This document shows positions 27,886-37,740 of a stretch of 64,000 nt of DNA, piece by piece; the first letter of the stretch is position 1, and each line of letters starts with the position of its first letter. Source of the stretch: Chloroflexota bacterium. GTDB lineage: Bacteria > Chloroflexota > UBA11872 > VXOZ01. The position numbers and the translations under genes were made by a program. Under the pieces are notes generated by a model, which was given only the letters and a program-made list of their open reading frames with translations, was not told the DNA's origin and ran no database searches. The DNA lies in contig CAXXVD010000005.1 of NCBI GenBank assembly GCA_963662335.2, forward strand, positions 638,027 to 702,026, read 5' to 3'.

Positions 27886-28573
27886 TACTATAGCTCTCCT
27901 GAAACTTGCCTATTTGCACGTCGCGCACAATCCGACCATTATCCAACGCTACCACACGGCGGGAGAATCCATCAACCACGTCTCGATCGTGCGTGGCGAC
28001 CAACGTGGTAATGCCAAGCTGATTGATTTGCATAAGCAGCGCGGTAATTTCCCAGGCCGCTTCCGGCGTCAGGCTGGCGGTCGGCTCATCCGCGATGAAG
28101 ATTTCCGGCCGGTGCACGATCGCCCGCGCAATCGCCGCCTTGCGCTGTTCGCCGCCGGAGATCTGGCCGGGGAGGAAGGACGCCTTGCGTTGCAGCCCCA
28201 CCAACTCCAGCGCGTCCGCGGCCCGTTGCCGCGCCCGCTTGCCCGCGTGCCCTTGCACTTGCAGCGCCAACGCCACGTTCTCCGCCACCGTCTTGCCGGG
28301 AAAGAGCTTCAAGTCCTGGAAGACGATGCCAAAGCGCCGCCGCAGCATGGGTATCGCGGAACCGCGCAGCAGCGCCAGGTCTTGGCCGCCCACCAGCACC
28401 ACGCCGGATGAGGCGCGATCGGCGCGCACCAGCAGGCTGAGCAGCGTGGTCTTGCCAGCGCCGTTGTGCCCCACCAGAAAGACGAAGTCGCCTTTGGGAA
28501 TGCTCAACGTGACGTCGTCGAGCGCGGTGACGCTGAAGTCGTACACTTTGGAGACGTTGCGCAGGACAATCAT
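27872..28573 (-). CDS. Second FtsE-like ATPase
   Basis: MI.L.NVSKVY, GHNGAGKT, RR..G.VFQD.KL, ISGGEQR, ADEPT, ATHD. Confidence 0.85.
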   Translation of the reverse strand: MIVLRNVSKVYDFSVTALDDVTLSIPKGDFVFLVGHNGAGKTTLLSLLVRADRASSGVVLVGGQDLALLRGSAIPMLRRRFGIVFQDLKLFPGKTVAENVALALQVQGHAGKRARQRAADALELVGLQRKASFLPGQISGGEQRKAAIARAIVHRPEIFIADEPTASLTPEAAWEITALLMQINQLGITTLVATHDRDVVDGFSRRVVALDNGRIVRDVQIGKFQESYSSATA

Positions 28574-28642
28574 GAGAACGTAGAGAGAGACGTTGCCAGC
28601 GGCGCGACGATACGCGGCGCAGGGATGCGGAAGCGAATTGGC

Positions 28643-29530
28643 CTAGACGGTGAGGAACCGGCGAACCGAGAGGTAACTCCCCAAAGCGCCGACGACGATG
28701 CCAAAGAGAGTCATCATTAAGATTAGACGAAAGAGGTAGGCCGTGTCAAGTGAGACGGGCAGGAAGCTGATCAACTGCTGGAGCACTTCGTGGATCGAGA
28801 CGTAGGCCGCGCCGACGATGAGGGAAGCAAAGAGCGCGCCGAGCAGCCCGAAGAAGATGCCCTCCAGCAGGAACGGCCAGCGAATGAAGTGGTCGGACGC
28901 GCCCATCAGCCGCAGCACTTCGATCTCGCCGCGCCGCGCGTAGACCGTGAGCCGGATGGTGCTGCCGATGACGAACAGGGCGACCAGGGCCAGGCCCGCG
29001 CCCAGCGTGTAGCCGAGAATGCGCACGGCCTGGCTGATGCGGATCAGGAGTTCCACCACGTCTTGCGGCAAGACCACGTCTTCCACGATCGGCTCCGCCG
29101 TCAGCACGCTCGCTTGCTCGCGAAGGTGGTCCGGATCGTCCGAGCGCACGTCCAGGCTGGCGGGCAGAGGATTGCCGGGCAACGCTTGCAGGAAGTCCGG
29201 CTGGTCCGGGAAGGATGCCCGCAGCCGCTCCAACGCCTTCTCTTTGGTAACGTACTCCACGGAGATCATGAGCGGGTCGTCTTGCAGGCGGCGCTGCAAC
29301 GCCAGCACGTCCGCCGGCGGCGCGTCGTCATGGAGATAGACGATGAGGTTTACTTGCTCTTCCAGGCTGTCGATCATGACCGAGAGGGCATTCTCGACAA
29401 GGAGGAACATGCCGAGCGTGGTCATCATGAGGGAGACGATGAGCACCGTAATGACCGTCATGGTGCGATGCCGCCAGGCGTTTACGACGGCGCTGCCGGA
29501 GAGCGTGGCAATATAGCTAAGCGCGGCCAT
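28643..29530 (-). CDS. ftsX: Cell-division permease FtsX
   Basis: NPLPAS, TIRLTVYARR.EIEV.RLMGA...FIRWPFLLEG. Confidence 0.93.
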   Translation of the reverse strand: MAALSYIATLSGSAVVNAWRHRTMTVITVLIVSLMMTTLGMFLLVENALSVMIDSLEEQVNLIVYLHDDAPPADVLALQRRLQDDPLMISVEYVTKEKALERLRASFPDQPDFLQALPGNPLPASLDVRSDDPDHLREQASVLTAEPIVEDVVLPQDVVELLIRISQAVRILGYTLGAGLALVALFVIGSTIRLTVYARRGEIEVLRLMGASDHFIRWPFLLEGIFFGLLGALFASLIVGAAYVSIHEVLQQLISFLPVSLDTAYLFRLILMMTLFGIVVGALGSYLSVRRFLTV

Positions 29531-30206
29531 ACTGATAGGTGCCCTCCGCTTCGTCCCGCGCGATCTCGCCGTGCACCAACTCCACCACCCGGCGGCGGCT
29601 GCGGTTTACCATCTCTTTGTCGTGCGTGGCCATGACCACGGTGGTGCCAAGTTCGTTGATGCGCGCCAGCAGATCGACGATTTCGGCGCTGGTGACCGGG
29701 TCCAGGTTGCCGGTCGGCTCATCGGCAATCAGCACCTCCGGCTTGCGAATCACCGCCCGCGCGATGGCCACCCGCTGCTGCTCGCCGCCGGAAAGAGTCA
29801 GGGGAAAGGTCTCGGCAAATTGGGAGAGGCCCACCAACGCCAACGTCTGCGGCACCATCTCCTCGATCTCCCGGCGCGAGCGGTTGGCCACCCGCAACGC
29901 CATGGCCACGTTTTCGGCCACGGTCTTGTTCGGCAGCAGCCGGAAATCCTGGAATATCATGCTCACCTTGCGCCGGTAGAGCGGCAGATGGCGCTGCGGC
30001 ATCTGCAACACGTTGTGCCCGGCCACGATGATCTGGCCGGTGGAGGGCAGTTCTTCGCGGATCAAGAGACGGATGAGGGTGGATTTGCCGGCGCCGCTGA
30101 CGCCGACGAGAAAGACGAATTCCCGCGGCCCAATCTCCAGGTTGATGTCTTTGAGCGCGTGGATGCCGTTGGCGTAGACCTTGGAGACGTTCTGCAAGAG
30201 AATCAT
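29517..30206 (-). CDS. ftsE: Cell-division ATPase FtsE
   Basis: [45 protein letters not shown]. Confidence 0.93.
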   Translation of the reverse strand: MILLQNVSKVYANGIHALKDINLEIGPREFVFLVGVSGAGKSTLIRLLIREELPSTGQIIVAGHNVLQMPQRHLPLYRRKVSMIFQDFRLLPNKTVAENVAMALRVANRSRREIEEMVPQTLALVGLSQFAETFPLTLSGGEQQRVAIARAVIRKPEVLIADEPTGNLDPVTSAEIVDLLARINELGTTVVMATHDKEMVNRSRRRVVELVHGEIARDEAEGTYQYGRA

Positions 30207-30357
30207 AGCGGGTGCGCCTGCCGCGCATGCGCCTGTGCAGCGGCTTTGCGGTGTGGGGTAAGTACGTGGGCGGTTGCCCGTCGAGGTTACACTCTATTAT
30301 ACGCTTACCGGCGTGCGCCGTCACTAGGGAGCGCCCGCCCTCTCGCCGCCGGTTCGC

Positions 30358-31575
30358 CTACGCGCTTGGCGACGACCGCACCGCCATGCGGGCGCGGTAC
30401 TTGCCGCCCCGGCGCATCAGCCAGACGTAGAGGACGGTCAGCCCCAGCGGAACCAGCGGCGCCAGCATGAGCGCGTTGAATGCGGCCGGCAATCCGTAGC
30501 TATCCGCGAAGATGCCCACCAGCGGCGTGCCCATGCCGCTGATGCCCCACGCGAAGCCGACCATCATGCCCGAGGCCATGGCCCGTTGCTTGGGCAGGAG
30601 TTCGTGGCTCATCACCACGGTGACGGCGAAGGTCGAGACCGTGAAACCGCCGATGAGCACAAGCATGACCGGCAGCCAGAAGCCGCTGCCTGCAAGGAAG
30701 CCGTAGACGAAGACCGGCACCGGCGCCAGCGACCAGAGCAGCAGCCCTTCTTTGCTGGTGCGGTCGGCCACGTAGCCGCCGATGAGCGTGCCGATCGCGC
30801 CGCTGAAGAGCAGGAAGGGCAGCAAGCCGGCCGCCGCTTCCGGCACGGTCATGCCCAGTTCCGCCACGGCGTAGAGCGGAATGAACGTGCCGAGACTGAC
30901 CCAGAAGAAGGAGCGGAGAATGACGATGACCAGCAGCAGGACGAAGGGCGTCAGCACCGGCCGGATGTCCAGCCAGGCCGCCTTGAGGTCCGGCGGCGCG
31001 CTTTCCGTGCCGGTCTCGATGCGCGGCAGCAGCCGCCAGAGCACCAGCGCCATCAGGATGCCCGGCAGCAGCATCAGCATGAGCCCGCGCTGCGCCTGCC
31101 AGGCGTAGAGCACGGCGACGACCACCGGCCCCGCGGCCACGCCGATGTTGCCGCCCACGGAGAAGATCGAGGTGCCGGTGCTCTGCCGGTCGCCGCTGTA
31201 ATAGCCGGCCGCCTTGTAGCCCTCCGGGTGGTAGGCGGCAATGCCCAACCCGCCAATGGCGACGGCAATGAGCACCAACCCGTAGACCGGCGCTTGGGTG
31301 GCGACGGTGACGCCCACGGCGGCCACCAGCGGCGCGAGCGGCAGCACCCACTTGCCGCTGATGCGGTCGCTGACGTAGCCCAGCACCGGCTGGATCGCGC
31401 TGGCGGAGAAGCTGTGCGCCGCCGATACCAGCGCCACGGCAAAGTAGGAGAGGCCGAACGTGCTCACGAAGATCGGCAGCATAGCCGGCAACATGCCGCC
31501 ATAGACGTCGGCAACGACGTGCCCCACGCTCAGCGTCAGGAGCATGGGCGTATTCATGCGGCGCTCGTTCTTCAC
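30358..31575 (-). CDS. MFS transporter (Fsr/YfnC-like)
   Basis: QPVLGY.SDR, G.AAYHPEG, SIFSVGGN.G.A.GP, GG..ADR. Confidence 0.88.
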   Translation of the reverse strand: MKNERRMNTPMLLTLSVGHVVADVYGGMLPAMLPIFVSTFGLSYFAVALVSAAHSFSASAIQPVLGYVSDRISGKWVLPLAPLVAAVGVTVATQAPVYGLVLIAVAIGGLGIAAYHPEGYKAAGYYSGDRQSTGTSIFSVGGNIGVAAGPVVVAVLYAWQAQRGLMLMLLPGILMALVLWRLLPRIETGTESAPPDLKAAWLDIRPVLTPFVLLLVIVILRSFFWVSLGTFIPLYAVAELGMTVPEAAAGLLPFLLFSGAIGTLIGGYVADRTSKEGLLLWSLAPVPVFVYGFLAGSGFWLPVMLVLIGGFTVSTFAVTVVMSHELLPKQRAMASGMMVGFAWGISGMGTPLVGIFADSYGLPAAFNALMLAPLVPLGLTVLYVWLMRRGGKYRARMAVRSSPSA

Positions 31576-31743
31576 CGTTGCCCGCGCCCCTCTTGGCTAA
31601 ATTCGTCGATTGCAGGCCTCTCCCGCTGCCGTTGCAGACACGCGCCGCTTGCCAATCTGCCTAACCCGACTCATCAAACGAAAAGCCACACCGCCCTTGC
31701 CGGTGTGGCTCGGCTCGTGCCGCGTTGGCTCTTCCCGCGCGCG

Positions 31744-32040
31744 CTACTCGCGGAGTTCCGATTCCGCCAGTGCGTCCACGCGGACGATTTTGTCAATCTT
31801 CGCGTTCGCCCCGTTCCGCGCCTCGCTCGCCGCCTCTTCGCTCTCCGCCTCGTAGAGGCAGTAGCGCTTGCACATATCAACGGAAAGATACACGCTGATC
31901 CAATCGCAATTGGGCAGTTTCGCGTAGGCGTCGGGCGGCTGCTTCCTGAACTCGCCATGCCTCCCCCGGCTCAACTCCGGCGGCAGGCTCCACTCAACGA
32001 GAAACGTGGGCGTTCTCAGCGCTCCGTGTTCTTTGAACAA
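31744..32040 (-). CDS. Small DUF4242-like protein
   Basis: FLVE..LP ... W...Y......YCLYEA.SEEA......G...DKI.RV pattern. Confidence 0.55.
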   Translation of the reverse strand: MFKEHGALRTPTFLVEWSLPPELSRGRHGEFRKQPPDAYAKLPNCDWISVYLSVDMCKRYCLYEAESEEAASEARNGANAKIDKIVRVDALAESELRE

Positions 32041-32259
32041 GCTATTCGGCTAGCTTCTTTGTAGCAGGAGAGAAGCGCGTCTGTCAAACGAAATCTATCT
32101 GGGCAATAGCAAGACTTGGCCACTCAGTAGTCTATGCGGGTGTATGTCGTGTACTTTAGAGTGTAGAGTGTTAACTGGCACGTGTGCTCGTTTCGCGCGG
32201 AAAGCACGTGCAATGGCAGTAGGAAGTGGCACAGAGAACTTCCACCGGAGCGAAGGCGT

Positions 32260-32808
32260 ATGGATGAGCTGCTAAGCGATGGGCGCCTGGTCGCCGGCCT
32301 GTTTAGCGCAGGGGCGGTATTGTTCGTGGCTATCTGCGGCGGGCTGATTGCCCTTGGTCGTTGGATGGGCAGTACCGGCAAAGAAGTGACGAATTTGGAA
32401 AAGACCGCCGCAAGAGACCGGTCTGCGTTCAACAAGGTTGCCGAAGAAATCAAGCGAGACATCGACGTAATCAGGGAAGACATCAAGAGAATCCTCAATC
32501 TGCTCCCGTCAACACCCGCTCTTGTCCAGGGCGACAGCCCACTGCGCCTGACCGAATTCGGGAAGCAGGTTTCCGCCAGTATGCGTGCCCCGGCCTGGGC
32601 CGGCCAGGTGGCGTTGGAGTTGAAGCATGAACTTGCCGGTAAGCAGCCGTACCAAATCGATGCAATGAGCCGCAAATACGTGCAGGATGATCTCTCAGAC
32701 GAGATGAAAGAGCGCGTTGCGATCGCTGCATACGAATTCGGCATCGAGGAGGATGGCGTCCATAGAGTGCTGGCAGTCGTGCTGCGGGACAAGCTGCTGG
32801 AGACCTAG
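32260..32808 (+). CDS. Hypothetical protein, N-terminal TM plus coiled coil
   Basis: TM ending GRWMG, heptads EIKRDIDVIREDIKRI, SPLRLTEFG; GGAG RBS. Confidence 0.65.
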   Translation: MDELLSDGRLVAGLFSAGAVLFVAICGGLIALGRWMGSTGKEVTNLEKTAARDRSAFNKVAEEIKRDIDVIREDIKRILNLLPSTPALVQGDSPLRLTEFGKQVSASMRAPAWAGQVALELKHELAGKQPYQIDAMSRKYVQDDLSDEMKERVAIAAYEFGIEEDGVHRVLAVVLRDKLLET

Positions 32809-32886
32809 ACCAACACCCACGCGGAGTATCAGGCAAGCAACGGGAAGGTGCTAGTCCTCGGCTATCGGTATCCTGGCAGTTTGCAG

Positions 32887-33078
32887 TCACCCAAGCGGGA
32901 TTACGTCGAACAGTCGACCGAGAATGATGATAAGGAGCGCGAATTGCACGCCAATTGCCCACTTGAGCGTTTTGATGTCGCCCTTCAATTCGCCGCGCAA
33001 AGCCTCCACGTCAGCCTTCGTCGCCAAGTGGTCGTAGCCGCCCTCCAGGCGCGCTACCCGATCTTCCAGCGATGCCAT
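32887..33078 (-). CDS. Small coiled-coil/TM protein (DUF1640/XhlA-like)
   Basis: LEDRVARLE..YDHLATKADV..L..ELK, C-terminal TM; TGATG coupling to the upstream ORF. Confidence 0.7.
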   Translation of the reverse strand: MASLEDRVARLEGGYDHLATKADVEALRGELKGDIKTLKWAIGVQFALLIIILGRLFDVIPLG

Positions 33079-33299
33079 CAAACCGCATCCCTCTTGCCAG
33101 CCTGCATGAAGTAGCTCTCAAGCACATGTTCAATGCGGCGCACTTGCTCAGTCAAGCCCTCGACGAGACCTTCAATCCGAGCGATTCGCTCTCCCAGCCG
33201 CGATTCCATTTGTGACATTCTCGTCTCGAACCGCCACAGCAGCACGGCAAAGGTCGCAATCGCCACGATCACCGGCGCCCAATCGGAAATACTATCCAT
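33078..33299 (-). CDS. Small TM plus coiled-coil protein
   Basis: N-terminal TM, then RMSQMESRLGERIARIEGLVEGL heptads. Confidence 0.65.
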   Translation of the reverse strand: MDSISDWAPVIVAIATFAVLLWRFETRMSQMESRLGERIARIEGLVEGLTEQVRRIEHVLESYFMQAGKRDAV

Positions 33300-33422
33300 C
33301 ACCGCGTGCTCTTTTCCAATGCTTTATGCCTTTTAGTATACACACTGTGACAATTACGATCTTGTCAACCCGACAGAATCCCGTAGAAGATGAAGGCGTA
33401 AGCGATGAATTGGGGGCGATAC

Positions 33423-33701
33423 TTACTCGCTGGGAGGATAGAAAGACTCGATGTAGGATGCATTATCCGTGAATTCTCGAATCGCCTTTGATTCAAAGTA
33501 GTCTATGGTGCCGCTTGCCAACGCCACTGAACGCATCTTCTGGAAGATTCGTGCCCCTATCTTGTGGATTATGTCATTCGATTCGTCCCCTGGAGTCAGC
33601 AACGCAACTGCGTATTGCCTCGCTGTAATCGGGTCAATGTCTATCTTGCGAAGTGCCGTCGTGAGCTTGTCAAGTTCGGGGTGATTACATGCGGTAGACA
33701 T
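33423..33701 (-). CDS. Hypothetical protein
   Basis: 92-aa ORF with AAGGGG RBS; no family recognised. Confidence 0.45.
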   Translation of the reverse strand: MSTACNHPELDKLTTALRKIDIDPITARQYAVALLTPGDESNDIIHKIGARIFQKMRSVALASGTIDYFESKAIREFTDNASYIESFYPPSE

Positions 33702-33847
33702 AGTATAGGTTTCCCCTTCTGCTGAGGGTGCTGATACACACCCGCCGGTGAGGTTTGTTCACACATACTGCTAGACTACTCCTCCTCAAGGTTAGAATCG
33801 AAACCTAGGGCTAATGCCACCTTGCGTAGAGTTTTCCCCAAAGCTTG

Positions 33848-35725
33848 CTACCATGCACACCCGGCCGCTCTAAACCGTTCTATCAGCGCGTCATGGTACT
33901 TGGTAATGCCAGGACTGTCGGTAGTTCCATGAATCGCGTCACTCATTGCTGTCCCAGCATCACTTGCTATGACGGGCACTGCTGCTGTGTAGAGGAGATA
34001 ACCCACATTCGGATTTGTGATGAGCTTAACGTATTCCGCGTATGATGACTGAATGGCATTATTCAGGCGCACGGTCAGATCATGCAGACGTTGCATGCGT
34101 ACGGTCGGTGCCCGTGGGAGACCAACTACTAAGTTGTATATCTCTACACCGAATAATCTCAGTCGCTCCATTGCTCCCGGCATCCGCGCGTATGGGGTTC
34201 CATCAAGTAGCGCATTGTTTATTGCCGTGAACGTCTCTTCATAACTGTTCCCCGTTGCAACAAATCTTGTGGCAAACGTGTTGAGGTATTCTCTTTCAGC
34301 AGCGCTGGGGCACACTCCAGCTTGCGTAGGCGTCGGGGTTGGCAACGGCGGCGGGTTTCCATAGCTGGCGCAGGATTCACGGTAGGCTTCCCGTACCCAA
34401 GCGCCGAGGCTTTTGTCAACGTAACTACGCGCTAGATTGTTGTTCGCCCACTGCTCCAACTGTGTGGGTTTCTGCTTGCCGTAAACACCGTACCTAAGCC
34501 ACCAGGCAGCTTGAGCGGAATGCGCGGCTAATCGGTCGGCGATGCACTGGTCCCAGGACTGGGGTGATCCGCCCCGCTCACTTATCGCATGGAGACTCGC
34601 CAGCGGCCAGATGAGCGCGTGCGCCAGCGCGTCAGGACTTTCGTTGCGGTACTCCTCGTTGATGGTTATGAGATTGGAGGAGGAGTTGAATTGGGAAATG
34701 CTCTCCCCCAACGGCCCAAACCGCGCCCTGGCGCCTGAAGCGACGAACCAGTCGTAGAGTTCATCTATCTCCTCCGCATAGGCGTTGCGCATCTCCTGGA
34801 ACGCTTCCGCAAGGCCGGGGTCTATACGCGCGGGGTCTACGGTCGGGCGCGCCGCGCGTTGGGCTGCAGCAGTGAGGTTTCCCGGCGGCACTTCGGAGAG
34901 AAACTCCAATGCGTTTCCGTTCAGCCGGAACGTGGCTACTGTGTCTTGCGTTGGGCAGCATGCGGCGTCATCAGAGTCGTGCGCTGTCATCTTAACCGTA
35001 ATCACGCCCGCTGCGATTGCGAGCGCGTTGAGCCGAATGCGATCCCCAATACTATAGGACGCAACATGCGCGGGTGCGCCGTTGTCGTTGAGGACAGCAA
35101 GCAAGTTATAGAACGTGCCGCTACCGCCGCCGGTATAGCTGAGAACTACGACAGCATCCTCAACCCCGTCACTGTCGAGGTCGCCAAAGGCAATTGGGTC
35201 ATGTAATTGCCAGGCCTCACTTACGTGGTCTGACCAGCTTACTTTTCTTACAAGAAGACCGTTCTTTAGCCGCACCCTTTCTTCATAGTGTTGATATTCA
35301 GCGTTCCGCAGCGCGTCGCGGGTGAGCGCGGGCGCTGCTGACGGTGAAGTGGGGTCGGCCTCCCACGGGAAGCGTTCGGTGTTGAGTCGCTGCTGCAGGC
35401 CGTTGGGGCCGCTGACCCAGGTGCGGTAGCCATCAGTGAAGGCAGTCCAGTTGTCGGCCTTGCGCCAGACGAGCAGGCCGCCGGTGGTCTGCTGCTCGCT
35501 GTTGCCGTTGGCGGTGTAGCGTTGATCTTCCAAGCATTCGCCCACGATGTCGTGACCAATGAGGTCGCGGAGCGTCTTGAAGCCAAGCACAAACTGACAG
35601 TGGCTTGTGGCGTGCGCCGGCACAGCGGTGAGCGCCACAGTGAGCAAGAGGAACAGAGAGATAAGAGAAGCCGCATGAAAAAGGCGCTCCCTCAAAGCAA
35701 TTGTAAGAGGCGTCAACTTCGACAT
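33848..35725 (-). CDS. Secreted modular protein B: shared N-terminal module, GDLD..G/CCP domain, inactive zincin-like domain
   Basis: Signal peptide (PAHA/TSHC), N-module near-identical to the neighbour, LIWP in place of HExxH, PTPTP linker. Confidence 0.8.
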   Translation of the reverse strand: MSKLTPLTIALRERLFHAASLISLFLLLTVALTAVPAHATSHCQFVLGFKTLRDLIGHDIVGECLEDQRYTANGNSEQQTTGGLLVWRKADNWTAFTDGYRTWVSGPNGLQQRLNTERFPWEADPTSPSAAPALTRDALRNAEYQHYEERVRLKNGLLVRKVSWSDHVSEAWQLHDPIAFGDLDSDGVEDAVVVLSYTGGGSGTFYNLLAVLNDNGAPAHVASYSIGDRIRLNALAIAAGVITVKMTAHDSDDAACCPTQDTVATFRLNGNALEFLSEVPPGNLTAAAQRAARPTVDPARIDPGLAEAFQEMRNAYAEEIDELYDWFVASGARARFGPLGESISQFNSSSNLITINEEYRNESPDALAHALIWPLASLHAISERGGSPQSWDQCIADRLAAHSAQAAWWLRYGVYGKQKPTQLEQWANNNLARSYVDKSLGAWVREAYRESCASYGNPPPLPTPTPTQAGVCPSAAEREYLNTFATRFVATGNSYEETFTAINNALLDGTPYARMPGAMERLRLFGVEIYNLVVGLPRAPTVRMQRLHDLTVRLNNAIQSSYAEYVKLITNPNVGYLLYTAAVPVIASDAGTAMSDAIHGTTDSPGITKYHDALIERFRAAGCAW

Positions 35726-35727
35726 CT

Positions 35728-37740
35728 TTACCTCACAACCCCGCCTAAGCATTGCTCTTGGTAGCCTTCGCTGAGCAAGACCCAATCTTCTTTCAGGTTC
35801 TTATTGAGCCATGCCCGCACAAGATTATTCATGGATCGCTCCGCAGAGTTTGGGCTGCGCTTGCCGTAGCGGCCGTACCGTTCGTACCACCACTTAGCTT
35901 CTAACCGGAAAGCGTCAAGCTCCTCTTGCAGACACTCGGCCGCCGTCTCTGCCCGATTCCCTCTGCGTAGAAACTCTTGCGCATGGTACGTTTCGTGAAT
36001 GAGCACTGCCGCCAGCGCCGCGTTGCCTTGCCCGCGAAGCGATTCATTGATGGTAATGAGATTGCGCGAGGGAGAAAAGCGACCGTACACCGAGGTGGGC
36101 AATTGCCCAAAGACAACATCCGCCCCGGTATTGATAATTGCGTAGACTGTCGCTGAACCAATCCCGGAATCGTCTCCATACATGGCTGTTCGGTACGCGT
36201 CTGCCAGCGCAGGCTCAATGTGCTGCTGCGGCTCACCATAACGCTCACAGTATTCACGGGCCCAATCCAACAACCACATCCACTTGAGCATTTCGAAGGG
36301 GTCCGAACCGAGATCCTGATGAAGCCCTAGCCACTCGTTTTCCAACGTCTCCCGCCCGGGCGCCGGATTCCGCTTCCCGTTCGTGCCGTACATCTGCGAC
36401 CAGTAGCTAATCCCCCTCACTCTCACAGCGGCTTCCAAAGTCAGGCACTTTTCCCAGGACTCGATCTCGCCTTCTTCGTAATACACATGTAGCCACATTG
36501 TTGGCCAGATAAGCCTTAGACCGAGTGTTTCCGGGCTTTCGTTGCGATATTTCGCGTTGATGATGATGCGCGGCGGTGATGGCCCCCACCGGGTGTTGCC
36601 ATCGCCCAAGTCTCCAAAGGTTGCGCTTGCGCCCAACCGGACGAACATGTCCGCGACTTCATTCCCGACCCGGGAGCGTCGCATCACGTGGTAGGCGCGA
36701 GCCAGTATTGGGTCTATAGTCGGGCGCGGCGTTGGCGTGGGTGGCACATAAACCGGCGTAGGCGCTGGCTGGGGCGTTCCTCCTGAGACAGCGGGGCAAA
36801 GTACGGAGACATAGTATTCAACATAGGCTCGTGTTTGCCGATACGCCGTCGCACCCGTCCCCCAAGAGAATCCCTTTACGCCGTAATTCGTTCCCCAGGG
36901 AAGACCTTGGGCATCATACTCCGATTCCCATGTGGCGGAAGCAGTCCTGGCAGCGTACTCTCGTTGGGCGCACTGATCCAGTGTCGTTGGGTTCCCGTGC
37001 TCGTGAGTCCACCTTGCCAACTCAATTCCGTAAGCAATCAGAGAGGCTATTCTAGGCTGGGAGTCAGTCTTATAGTCTCCGTTGACCGCGATGCGGTTGC
37101 GTGGCGCATCGTACACTAGGTATGGATACTGGACCTCATATACAAGCTGAAATCCCAACTGCAACACTTGCTGGTAAAGCGCCTCGCCTTTGGCTGTCAT
37201 CCGCAATGCTAGAATCGCAGACGCAGGTGTAGGCGGTGTCGGAACCGGGAGAGGCGTAGCGGCAATGTCGGGCCTATAGTCCGGCTCCCATTCGAAGCGT
37301 TGCCAGTTGAGCCGCCCTTGTAACCCATACGGGCCGTTGATCCAAGTGCGCGCGCCGTCGGTGAAGGCCGTCAGGTTGTCGGCTTTGCGCCAGACCAGCA
37401 GGCCGCCAGAGGTACGCTGTACGGCATCACCAATAGCGTTATAGTGAGCACTCTCCCAACATTTGCCCACTATGACGTGACCAATGATATCCCGGAGCGT
37501 TTTGAATCCCAGCACGAACTCGCAATGGCTTGTGGCGCGTGCGGGCGTTACATGGAGCGTTAAAGCAACAACCAGGAGGAATAGAGAAGCAAAGAAGAGC
37601 CGCACGACAAGGTGCTCCCTTGCGGAGTAGAAGTTGAACAATGCCTTGCCACAGGACAGTTGTTTTCCAGCCCGCAAGGGAACGAAGAGGAAGGCATCTC
37701 CTAACTCCTGCACCCTTACGGGTGGAACTGGAAACAACAC
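35728..37740 (-). CDS. Secreted modular protein A: shared N-terminal module plus three zincin-like repeats, the last with HETYH (true start probably ~37600-37645)
   Basis: PARA/TSHC signal, Pro/Thr linkers, LIHETYH..E and downstream EELDA. Confidence 0.8.
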   Translation of the reverse strand: MLFPVPPVRVQELGDAFLFVPLRAGKQLSCGKALFNFYSAREHLVVRLFFASLFLLVVALTLHVTPARATSHCEFVLGFKTLRDIIGHVIVGKCWESAHYNAIGDAVQRTSGGLLVWRKADNLTAFTDGARTWINGPYGLQGRLNWQRFEWEPDYRPDIAATPLPVPTPPTPASAILALRMTAKGEALYQQVLQLGFQLVYEVQYPYLVYDAPRNRIAVNGDYKTDSQPRIASLIAYGIELARWTHEHGNPTTLDQCAQREYAARTASATWESEYDAQGLPWGTNYGVKGFSWGTGATAYRQTRAYVEYYVSVLCPAVSGGTPQPAPTPVYVPPTPTPRPTIDPILARAYHVMRRSRVGNEVADMFVRLGASATFGDLGDGNTRWGPSPPRIIINAKYRNESPETLGLRLIWPTMWLHVYYEEGEIESWEKCLTLEAAVRVRGISYWSQMYGTNGKRNPAPGRETLENEWLGLHQDLGSDPFEMLKWMWLLDWAREYCERYGEPQQHIEPALADAYRTAMYGDDSGIGSATVYAIINTGADVVFGQLPTSVYGRFSPSRNLITINESLRGQGNAALAAVLIHETYHAQEFLRRGNRAETAAECLQEELDAFRLEAKWWYERYGRYGKRSPNSAERSMNNLVRAWLNKNLKEDWVLLSEGYQEQCLGGVVR

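Noticed and set aside
32100-33800. Prophage remnant
   Set aside because: No integrase, terminase or structural genes, only small membrane ORFs
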